From assembly GCA_010093815.1 (NCBI GenBank), contig ML996574.1: 64,000 nucleotides of DNA; one strand, 5' to 3'. Positions within the stretch are counted from its first letter, which is position 1, and every line of letters begins with the position of its first letter. Origin of the DNA: Pseudovirgaria hyperparasitica (taxonomy: Eukaryota). The notes beneath the pieces were generated by a model. It made no database searches. It was not told the origin of the DNA and worked only from the letters and a program-made list of their open reading frames with translations. This document shows positions 51,682-62,134 of this stretch, piece by piece. The position numbers and the translations under genes were made by a program.

Positions 51682-52843
51682 ATGGAGCACAAAGGCGTCT
51701 TTCGCAATATATGTCAAGGCGACGGAAAGGGAGCTTACGTCGTCGCACGAGGGCACTCATATTGTCCATACGAATCCGCCTCCGCGCCAGAGAGTCCACG
51801 AACACCGCGAACCTCCAACAGCCAATTCACAGACAAAGACAGCACACTCTACGAAGAATCAGTCTACGAATGCGAGCGAAGATGTCCAGCCAGACGAGCA
51901 CCAACGATCGTCGTGCACGCAATCGTCTTCCTCGCCTACTCAACACTACTAACAGTCCTAGTAATGGCAGCAATGAGCAAACCAGACTGCGAACAATGCA
52001 TAATGTACAACTGTAAATCCCGCCCCCCCCCCCAAATCCCTCCCCAAAGCAAAGCCTCACAGCACCCAGCACCAGCAAAGAACCTAGTAAACTACAAGCT
52101 CCAATCCACCTCGCAATACGACCTCGCAACAGACATCTACGCCGGCCACCCCCGCCCCGAACTCGAAGCAGCATGGTCCATCCTCCTCGAGCCCACCAAC
52201 CTCCGCCTCACCGAATCCGAAGTCCACGCCGTAAACCGCCTCGACAACGCCATCGCCCTCCCCGACGGCGGCTACGCCGGCTCCCTCAACATCTTCCACG
52301 AACTCCACTGCGTCGTACGTCTCCCCCCTGCCCTCCCAACCACATTCTAACCCACCCGCGTACTAACCAGGACGCCATCCAGCGCTGGCTCCACACACAA
52401 CTATATGCTTCCACGTACTTTCCGCATCTCAACGAGACGGATAGGGCTCGACAGCGGTTTCGCACGGAACAGTGCCTTACTAGTCTTCGGAAGGCGGCAC
52501 TTTGCCATGCGGATGTTGGCGTGGTGACGTATAATTGGGATGGGGAGGCGGGGGGGCCGAGGGCGCGGGCGGAGTATCAGTGTGCGGATATGGGGCCTTT
52601 GTTGGAGTGGGCGGAGGGGCGGAGGGTGGAGGTGGAGGGGGTTGGGGAGGGGGATGGGGGGTATTCGGTGCTTGGTGAGTTTTCTTTCGGGGGGGGGTCT
52701 GGTGTCTGCTTTGTTGGGGATGTGGTGTGCTGATTTTTGGTGTTGTAGGTGAAGTTGTGACTTCCTCTGGCGAGGAGGGTTTGAGGCAGCTGATGCAGGA
52801 GGGTCTAGGGGTGGTGAGGAAGGGTGTGAGTATTATGAGGTGA
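51682..52843 (+). CDS. DUF3328/UstYa-family oxidase-like protein with degenerate second metal motif; introns about 52013-52069, 52315-52382 and 52675-52748
   Basis: N-terminal TM helix, Y|SPA, YAGxPxPELEAAW, FHELHC, LRKAALCHAD..TYNW, C.D..L.EWA. The second HxxHC reads RTEQC. The last exon is less certain. Confidence 0.85.
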
Positions 52844-53940
52844 ATGTCTTTCTTGACAGGTGCTGGTTCTTCTATTTATTATCGTCATTCTTTCGATGTT
52901 CTTGAACGTTCAAGCTCTGCGGAGTCTTCTATGGCTTTGCCAATCATTTATTTCTTCTTCTAGCCTTTATGTGGCATTATGGGGGGGCTTGTAGGGCTTT
53001 GGGGGTATTTTGACGGGTATCTTATGGTTAAATGTTGGTAAGTTTTTGGGTTGGCGTGTATGAGACTTAGGCTGGGATTGAGTCGATTGCTTGATAGAGT
53101 TTGTTCATCAAAGAGCCATGATCATATGCTACTCTAGCCGTCTTCGCTGCAAGTAACAGTGGTCTCTGTCGAGTATCTATCATACATGGTTCGGCCTTAA
53201 ATCCATCCTCTCATGAACGTAAGGTTTAAGCATACGATAGTCCTGAGCACCTCGCTAACATTAAAGACACAGTATCGAAGCATCAAAACACAACCTCTTG
53301 AAATCAAAAAAACAAAACTTCAATTCGCCGGGGAGACACTGGCATCGAAAAACACAGACACGCATTCAGGCATACGAAAAAGGGCACAGCACAGCCTAGC
53401 GCGTCAAACAGTAGCCAAGTCTGCAAAACACGTTGTTCAACCACGTTCTCGCCACTCACAACACCTATTCGGGAACTTCTGCCTGGCTCCAGGCACATCC
53501 AGGAGTAAAGTTGCCTAGTCCACTGTAACAGAATCTGCCACAGTCATGCACCATGTACCCCAAAGCAATACTCTTCTTCTCTGTATTTCCCTAAACCCGC
53601 TGTGATTCGTGAAAAGGAGCCCGCCAACGGCTTCGTTCTTCGCCGCCTACATTCCTGCGGAACGTTGAACAATGTCAACTGACATATGCCTGAAACCCCT
53701 ACTTGGCCACTCTGGTGGCGAACGCGCGCATCGTCAGGACACAATGCTCAATTGTGGTGTTTCTGGCCAGGGGCGGGTATCTGAGGAGGTGTATAAGGAT
53801 GTCTGACCTGCTGGCCTGTTGATTGGGGTTATTTCTTGATACACCGCACACTAACTTGCAAATACTACAGCTATCATCATACAAGACATACGATCCCAGC
53901 ACGCCAGGCTCAAAAGCACGAAGCAGGAGAGCTAGGAACG

Positions 53941-55925
53941 ATGGCATATGACGAGCCCGATGATATCGTTGATTATGGGATGGACAGCGAGGATGACGGA
54001 GCGTCGGGAATCCAATACATTGGCGAAGTGCCAGAGTCAGATATCGAACCTGGCCATGAAGTAAGCCATCGAGTTCCTTCGTCCTTGAACCAAGCTGCCC
54101 AACTTCCTGGAGACTGGCATGGGGATGACATAGAGCCGACAATCCAATCCATTGGCGAAGCGCCAGAGTCAGATTTCGAACTTGGCCACGAAGAAAGCGA
54201 TCAAATTATCTCGTCTAGGAGCCCGGACGCCCAAGGTCATGTAGACTGGTTTGGGGATGACTACCGTCATCAAGCTCGATCCGACCCGCAAGAAGGATAT
54301 ACTTTGATCGGACAAGCCGGACCTGGCCATCAAGAAACCCATCCAATTCTCTCGCTTGGGAATCCAGACCCCCAGGGTCCTGTAGAATGCCGTGGGGATG
54401 ACCACCGCAATAAAGATCCATTCTACCAGCAAGAAGGATATTCTTCGATCGGACAAGCCGGACCTGGCCATCAAGAAACCCATCCAATTCTCCCGCCTGG
54501 GAACCAAGAGCCCCAAAGTCCTGGACCTGGGGTTCCGTATGACTTCACCTATGGAACTCCACCCAACCCGCAAGAAGGATATACNNNNNNNNNNNNNNNN
54601 NNNNNNNNNNNNNNNNNNNNNNNNNNNNNNNNNNNNNNNNNNNNNNNNNNNNNNNNNNNNNNNNNNNNNNNNNNNNNNNNNNNNNNNNNNNNNNNNNNNN
54701 NNNNNNNNNNNNNNNNNNNNNNNNNNNNNNNNNNNNNNNNNNNNNNNNNNNNNNNNNNNNNNNNNNNNNNNNNNNNNNNNNNNNNNNNNNNNNNNNNNNN
54801 NNNNNNNNNNNNNNNNNNNNNNNNNNNNNNNNNNNNNNNNNNNNNNNNNNNNNNNNNNNNNNNNNNNNNNNNNNNNNNNNNNNNNNNNNNNNNNNNNNNN
54901 NNNNAATTTTCTCGCCCGGGAACCAAGAGCCCCAAAGTCCTGGACCTGGGGTTCCGTATGACTTCACCTATGGAACTCCACCCAACCCGCAAGAAGGATG
55001 TACTTCGATCTCACACGCCACATCCCCAGATGAGCAGTCGCAATTAACGCCCGGGACAGCCCAGCTTTCTGATGGCGGAGAACAAGGAGAAGACAGGGAC
55101 CAGAACGGTATCCCGCAGCCGCAAGCAAACGACAATCCGCTCAGGACCGGTCAGCTCCCGGTCATCTCGAATTTCCCGCTGGACTGTCCGCAAAATAACA
55201 ATGGAAGCGCCGGAACTGTTTACAACTTGTACTTTAAGGATAATAAAAACTCTTCTGTCAAAATCTACTTGTCTCCAGAGAGTCCTGGACTGACGCGTGG
55301 CGTCGAGGAGTTGAGCTTACAAGACTACGCCAAGCCTCAATGTCCAGCGGGCAGCTATTCCTGCCTCAAAAACATGCTGGATCCGAAAAATCTAGGTCGA
55401 ACTGTAAACTCTGTACATGTATGCTCCAGCTGTAAGGAGTTCCCGCAACAGCCACGAAACAACACTCCGAGGACGCAGCCAGAGGAGCAAATTCCCCTTG
55501 ATCAGGACAACACGACACAGAACAACCCATCAGCGAACGAAGTTGCTCACAGGGAGGAAAACGAAGAACCGCACAGGACTGTAGACGAGCATCATATTGG
55601 CATGGAGGGCGCAGAAGGTAGCAACGCAGCCGGCAACAGCCTCCCGCCCCCAGCCCAGACACAAAAGCCTAATAAACCCGTACGCAGCGGTCTCATCAGC
55701 AAAGAGGCAACAAAGGTGGCAAGAGATACTGAGACGCACGACAGGCCGTCTTCCAATACAAGGTTGCAGCAAGCTAAGAAGGCTCCAGCAAGGCCCACGG
55801 CATGTTCTGGGCGCAAGAAGAGGGCAAGGCGTGACGATGACCTTGTCGGACCGGCCACGAAGATGGCGAGACCGGCTACATGTATCTCGAGGAGGTCGAC
55901 TATGACTGCTTTACACAGAAGCTAG
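53941..55925 (+). CDS. Orphan acidic P/G/Q-rich tandem-repeat protein with Cys pairs and a basic C-terminal patch; interrupted by an assembly gap
   Basis: Open from ATG 53941 to the gap; after the gap the repeat frame is open from 54906 to the stop at 55923-55925. Confidence 0.65.
54009..55000 (+). repeat. Coding minisatellite: two diverged ~132-bp units followed by 141-bp units
   Basis: AATCCAAT.CATTGGCGAAG at 54009 and 54141; CAAGAAGGAT at 54289, 54430, 54571 and 54990. Confidence 0.9.
54585..54904. other. Assembly gap (320 N)
   Basis: Run of N inside the tandem repeat. Confidence 0.99.
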
Positions 55926-56767
55926 AGGAACGAAGACTGACAGGTGAAAGCATGCATCGAGTGATGCGGATGGACACGGGTCTGTTGGAGCGGATATATG
56001 AGGGGGTGCTTTTGATGTGAGGGTGCGGATGGCAAGAGTTGGAGTTTGTTGATTGTTCGTTTCTTTTCTTGTGTATTCGTGGTTTCTTTTTTTCGGTGTC
56101 TCTTTCAGTATACGGTGAGAGCAGTTAGTATGAGCATGCTTATAGACTTTATTTGGGTTTCCAGACCGATCGAAATGCCTAATAATCCAGTTTCCAGGGG
56201 CGTATACACACTGGACCACTCAAAACCGAGTCCGAGGGCCAGAAGTCGTGCTACTCCATCTGTTCTTGATAATCTAATCTGCTGTTGCGTGTGTTTAGAT
56301 CTTGAACGGTAATCTAAACGGTCTGTTGACGAAGTATCTACAGATAATTTCTACTCCCCAAGAATATACAGCCCACCATCTCGAAAAGGCTTGACGTGCC
56401 CTATGGCTAGCATCTGAGACACTTCCACGTATACCACGTACGACTTCGACAGTACTATACAGAGTGCAGTATACAAGAGCAATTTCTGCTTCGACTTACA
56501 GGGTAATTTTAGTAGTAAGGCTCGAGCTATTAGCAATGAGTCGTGTATAGCATTACGTATATGGCATGCCGCATGATGTTAGTGTTTGAGACGTCTTTGC
56601 AGTAGTCTTGACACGATAATTGCTTGTTCCTGTAGTATTCTAGATTTAACTCCTGCGATTAGACTTGGCTATTACGATGACACATGATGCGTGCGATCCA
56701 AACTCTGCAAGGTTTAACCCCAATTTCGAACTCGAGCCGAATATCTGTCCTGACTTCGCAGGCCGCG

Positions 56768-57343
56768 TCAGATAGACGACTTGTGCTCTCTCAAGAAGTC
56801 CTCTTCTGCGGCGGTATTCGTTCGACCTAGCAGTGCATTTCGCGTGGGATATCTTCCAAACTGCTGAATCTGCTGCATATGCGCCTTCGAAGCAGGAACC
56901 CCCATATCCACCCACTTATGCTCCTCCTCACTCCCGCACCTAGCCTTCAAAGCCTCAAACAAGCAGCGGGCCGCAGTCAGCGTGACAGCACTCTCCTGGT
57001 GCATGAACGGCATGTAGAACGCAGAGGCCTGGATGACGGTAACCTTCTTGTCGAAGTCCTGCGCGATTGCTCTCGTGGCTACGTCTAGTGCTTTCCCGTC
57101 GGCGCTGAATGCATCTGGTGAGCCACGGAACAGGTTTCGTGAGAATTGGTCGAGCAGGACGACGAGTGCGAGACTTGACTCGGGCTCTGCGGCCCAGTGA
57201 TCCAGCTTGCCGTCGCGGGCTTTCAATACGAGGTCGCTGAATTGCGCTTTTATTTGCTCGTCGAGTCCTTTGGGCGCTATCAGCCATTCCATGGGAGGGC
57301 GGTTGAACCAAAAGTCCACGACGTGCTTGACTTCGGGTTCCAT
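56768..57343 (-). CDS. DUF924 family protein (intronless)
   Basis: VVDFWF, LLDQFSRNLFRG, FYMPFMHQE, FGRYPTRNALLGR..T..E..FL. Confidence 0.9.
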   Translation of the reverse strand: MEPEVKHVVDFWFNRPPMEWLIAPKGLDEQIKAQFSDLVLKARDGKLDHWAAEPESSLALVVLLDQFSRNLFRGSPDAFSADGKALDVATRAIAQDFDKKVTVIQASAFYMPFMHQESAVTLTAARCLFEALKARCGSEEEHKWVDMGVPASKAHMQQIQQFGRYPTRNALLGRTNTAAEEDFLREHKSSI

Positions 57344-57996
57344 GAGAGACAGCTTGATGACGCTCTGAGCAAGATTTCGATATAGGTGGGTCAGGTCTGT
57401 GGACAGCTTTACGTGTATTCTTTTTATATGGACCTAGGAGGATTGGAGTTGGGGCGTAGATTGATGAAATAGATGGTTCATTCGTTCATTCCTCTGCCAA
57501 GATGCGATGTCCAACTTTCAGCTCCACATGTCAGCGTGGCCTCGAAAGAAGTTCCGTATAATCCTTTACGTACTACATTAAGTATGTTGACCCATTGCGA
57601 TACAAGTCTTTGTCAGCTGAATGGTTTAGATTGCGAGTGCGAGCTCGTTTAACTGCACTAAATTAGGTCTCTCCACTCGTCTGTCTGTACTATATATGCA
57701 AGCACGCTTATCAAAGTATGGCGAAGTATATTCGATGGATGCACCAACTAAGCTAGGCTGAGCTAAAAGGTGGAACTTGGTGGAAACCCAAGGCCAGCTC
57801 TGTGTACATGTCCATGAATTCATCTCCCAGCACAAACTACGTTTGCTCCCTGTGACCTTTGATTTTAATCCTTTCCTACATCGGTAAGTTCATCCTTACT
57901 GCTCAGAATAGTTTCTGCAACGTTACGATGAGTATGCGGTCAATGAATTGACCAGTAATGGGTAGACCGTAGTCGTTGATTCAATCAGCAGAAAGA

Positions 57997-59076
57997 ATGG
58001 TGCCCGGAACCTTTACAAAGCAACCTATGAAGGGGCTCTATACACTTATCTTCATTGCCGACAAATTAGTCCGTCTTCCACTACTGATGATCCTCTACAT
58101 CATACCATCGTTCCGTCAACACAGTCGATATGGCTACACAAAAGCTATCATCGTAAAGGCGTTCAATTGGTACTTACACGACGCAGGTGTCGTGGAGGTG
58201 AAAGTGCATCGGACTCTCGCGCCAGGTAGAGAGGGTAATAGATTCGTAACGATCAAGCCCTCATCCGAGTATCCCGGCATATTGTCCCAGGATCCAGCCA
58301 TTGTACCCACCAACATTGGAGCTGTCTGGTATCCCGATGTACCCAGCGCAGCAGATCTTCAAAAACTTGTAGTCCTCCACATCCACGGAGGTGCATTCCT
58401 ACTTGGGAGCGCCCGAATAGCCGATGCAGGAACAGGCTGTAATAGGCTCAGCAAGAACTTTGGCAATGCTCCGGTCTTCGCGCTGGATTATCGACTGGCC
58501 AATGAACCAGGTGGTAAATTCCCAGCTGCGCTTCAAGACTCGGTCACTGCGTACCGCTATCTCTTGGAAGATCTGAACGTTGACCCGCGTCGAATCATGG
58601 TGTCTGGAGACTCTGCTGGAGGTCACCTTGCTATTACACTACTCAGATACATCGTAGAGACCCCTGCTGCAAACCTCCCATCTCCTGCAGCAGCACTTCT
58701 CTGGTCTCCATGGGTAGACATGGTCGACACATTCGAAAGGCCAAACACCGACAAAGATCTCATTCCGGACGCATTGATACAGTGGAGTTTACGCGAGCTT
58801 CCTACAGAGACGTTTCCGCCAGAGCACCCGTATATGTCGACTATTCGACATCCGTTCAAGACAGTGACACCAATGTGGATGTGTGCAGGAGCCACGGAGA
58901 GACATTACTTTCGGCAAGTTAGGTTTGCGTCGAAAATGACGAGGATAGCAGAGAACGATGTTGGATTCTATGGGATTCCGGATCTCCCACATGGTTTCTT
59001 CCCAGCGCCCACGAATGATATCGACCTGGCCTATGTCGATGCTCAAAAGTTTGTTAGTGAATACGTAGAATTTTGA
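57997..59076 (+). CDS. Alpha/beta hydrolase, HSL/Abhydrolase_3 family esterase
   Basis: HGGAF oxyanion motif, LDYRLA, FPAALQD, GDSAGG nucleophile, SPWVD, PHGF. There is a probable 5'UTR intron near 57883-57965. Confidence 0.9.
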   Translation: MVPGTFTKQPMKGLYTLIFIADKLVRLPLLMILYIIPSFRQHSRYGYTKAIIVKAFNWYLHDAGVVEVKVHRTLAPGREGNRFVTIKPSSEYPGILSQDPAIVPTNIGAVWYPDVPSAADLQKLVVLHIHGGAFLLGSARIADAGTGCNRLSKNFGNAPVFALDYRLANEPGGKFPAALQDSVTAYRYLLEDLNVDPRRIMVSGDSAGGHLAITLLRYIVETPAANLPSPAAALLWSPWVDMVDTFERPNTDKDLIPDALIQWSLRELPTETFPPEHPYMSTIRHPFKTVTPMWMCAGATERHYFRQVRFASKMTRIAENDVGFYGIPDLPHGFFPAPTNDIDLAYVDAQKFVSEYVEF

Positions 59077-60584
59077 ACATGTCTTGAGCTACGTTTGTTT
59101 CATACGATACCGAAAGATACCATAAAGACTATCTACAAGGGCACCTACAGAGCATGGCTTAATTTCGTCACTGCTCGCCGCGAGACAGATACTCTATCAT
59201 ATCCACTCACGCACCCGAGAATATTCTTACTCCGTACACCCATGAATAGCCTCACATTCGTCCTATTCTCCCTCAGCCGCCAAAGATTCGACGCAAATGT
59301 AGTTACACTGAAGATCTCGTGACATCGAGGGCGTGGATGATGGTGAGAATGTCACGAGCTTGTTCAGGAGGGTTGAAGCGTTTTTTGAAATTTAGTATGG
59401 AGGAGTGAAACAGAGACCTTTAGCTAGACTGGAGTGAACGTACTGATGATATGTCAACAGGAGAGCATCAGTCAAGCTAAGCAAGGAAATAGGGAAAAAT
59501 AGGGGAAAGATATAGTGATAGGATACACGCAGAAAAACATGGTCTGATCAGCCTCTGCACCTCTGGATCGACCTATCCTAGTCCTGAACTCTACTACGTC
59601 TTATAAGAACATGCGACCTATATGGCTCAAGCCAACAGTCCACTCATGACGCTAGTGCATGTCAAAGATGTGAAAAGGCCTTGGAATTGACACGTAACAG
59701 CCTGAAGCAGTCATAATTCAACATCTTGTCAACCAGCTGAACAAGCCGTACGCTGAAACGGGCGAATAAGTAGACAGGAGCAACTGCTCTCGAGTCACTT
59801 AGATCTTTTTGGCTTCTGTCTAAAGCCTGAGACGACCTGCGTTGAGGGTCTAGATGAAGAAAGAATGCGGCGTCGTGATACCAACGTATCGAGGTATAGG
59901 ATGCATAGACAACCTTAGCCCTACATTGCTCAGTAGATTGTCACGTATTCCTATAGGCGCTGCATATCGCAAGCAGGATTCTGTCGATAATGCGGATTTG
60001 ACTTAGAGAGTAGTGAGAATTCCTGGTCAACCACTTGTAGTCATCCTTTAGATTGTGGCCTGGGATATTGAGGTCGTCCATGGTCCACGTTGCCTCTACC
60101 AGTCTATCAAATACCACTGCCTCATCATGACCAGATGCCTAATGCAGTTTAATCAAGCTAAGAAGCAAGTCTGCTATCAGACACTTTCAATGTTTCCATC
60201 AGCCCACACTATCACGTGACTAGATACAGCTCCAACTTTCATTGAACCGAAGAATGATGACGGCCCGTATTTCGTTTGAGGCGAATATAACATCAGTTTC
60301 TCCTATCTCCTTTGTATCTATACCGACATCACTAGTGCTCGCTAGAGACATTTTCATCTCTAGGGTGCCTCGGGTAGTTGCGTACACCTGCTGTTGACGT
60401 GTGCGCCTCCTCCTAAGTGTTCCAGTTTAAGTCCAGATCAGATGGCAAGACTGTCGTTGAGGCATTGATGATAACATAACTCTATGGTGTATCTCGTAAA
60501 TTTCGAATTTTCCTGCCAAACTCCGCCAGTAACCCTATGCCGAAGCGCCGTACAATGCAGTATCCAAAAGTTGCGCAGACAAGA

Positions 60585-61327
60585 TTATTTCTCGGGAGCG
60601 TCGGGTAGTCTTTCAACGACGTACTTTCCTTTCGCTACGCTTATGATCGGGACACCCGGAATTTTGCGTATTCTCCTCTTCAGATCTCGATCGTTTGTAG
60701 CAACCAGGTAGACTCTGTGCTTCAGAATCCGGTCGACGATGCAGTCGTCGGCGTATGTTCCTTTGTGGCTGCAATGCAATCGCTCCCATCGCTCGTCTCT
60801 GGCAATCCTGAGCGCAATTCGATATTTGGTCCCCAGTTTCTCCAATTCAGCCATGACACAATCGGTGATGATGGGTGTGACAGACGCATATAAACAGTCC
60901 ATCAGAGATTGGAGAAGATCGAGCTTTCCGCGAACGGTATGTGAGAGAAAGTTGGTATCGACTAGGATTGAGTACGGAGGCTGAAGGGCGGTATTGGCTT
61001 GGAAGAAGAGCGAAGTTGGAGCTTGAGGTCTACAGTCCAGTGGTCAGTGTTTGTTCACGCTGTGACTTTACATTGGACCTCACATCTCTCGCACAAGTTC
61101 ATCGTCCTTTTTCTTTGAGGCATCAGCGCCGGTGAGTTGATTCTTCTTACTGGTTAGTGTTAGCGAAGCAGGCCGAAGTTGCGCGCAGAGCTTATGCAAT
61201 TTACAGTCGGATGTCCCGCTGGCCAATAATGCGCTTGGTCTGTCAAAGGTTAGTAGTAGTTCCAGAGAGTAGCTGAGCGAGTAATACTGACCTGGGCAAA
61301 CTTGCGCGTACGTTTAGCGACACCCAT
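60585..61327 (-). CDS. FCF1: rRNA-processing PIN-domain endonuclease Fcf1/Utp24 (3 introns)
   Basis: MGVAKRTRKFAQ, PPYSILVDTNF, ITDCVMAELEKLG, HKGTYADDC, VATNDRDLKRRIRKIPGVP. Confidence 0.96.
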
Positions 61328-62134
61328 AGCTGACGTGTGGATGTGAAATTGAAGCTTGACAGATCAATACACGATAAGATAGCCATAAATTTTCGGACGC
61401 GGGCGGCAGGTCGGAGGATCGGCACTGATGAGACGTTTGAGCCTCAGGCACCAAGGAGACAGGGCAGTAAGGCAGCAAGGCCGTAGGACAACAAGGCAGC
61501 AGGGACCAGACCCTGTACGTCATTTGTTATTGGTTAATCAATAAGTAGCCGCAGCTCCGGCGCCGTATCAAGCTAGCTGATTACTACTTCGGGCAGCTGA
61601 CTGTGGCCACGCACCCAGCCCCTGCCTCGCTGTCTTGTCCGCTGGCCCCTGCCTCATGATAATTGATTATTGCCCTTGCCTGCCGTGACCAACAAGCTGT
61701 CCAGGGCTGAGCAAGCACAACACTTCTGCATCCTGTCGTGTCTTGTCGACTTCAACATTCGCCATATCCTCTATCTCATCCTCAATCTCGACTTCATTTG
61801 GGCGCAAGGCTGCGATTTATTCTAGTGAGCAAGCTTCGGCTCACGGCCTTCTGTTTGCTGCCCCAAGCCCTGCCGCTAACGCCCCAGACGGCGCGCCACG
61901 CGAAAAGTCATCTCCATCAGGAGTCGCATCTCGCATCCTCCCCTCAGCATTTCGACTTCACCTCCTCTGTACACACTCGTTTCAGCATACTCTCGTTATC
62001 TAGCCATCATTACGTCTTTCACCTATTACGATTGCGCAGACTTGCGCCCCGTAGCCACCCTATCCATTAAGCCTCGTCCTTGTCACCTCTCAGGCCGCTC
62101 GCTAGCCGCCCGTCAATAGGCCCACATACTCAAC

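Noticed and set aside
54392..54992. Several ORFs containing long X runs
   Set aside because: They stay open only because N codons are not stops; only the repeat frame is supported.
53941..55000. CRISPR-like reading of the 141-bp periodic repeats
   Set aside because: Eukaryotic context, whole units are homologous with no unique spacers, the period is a multiple of three in an open frame, and there are no cas genes.
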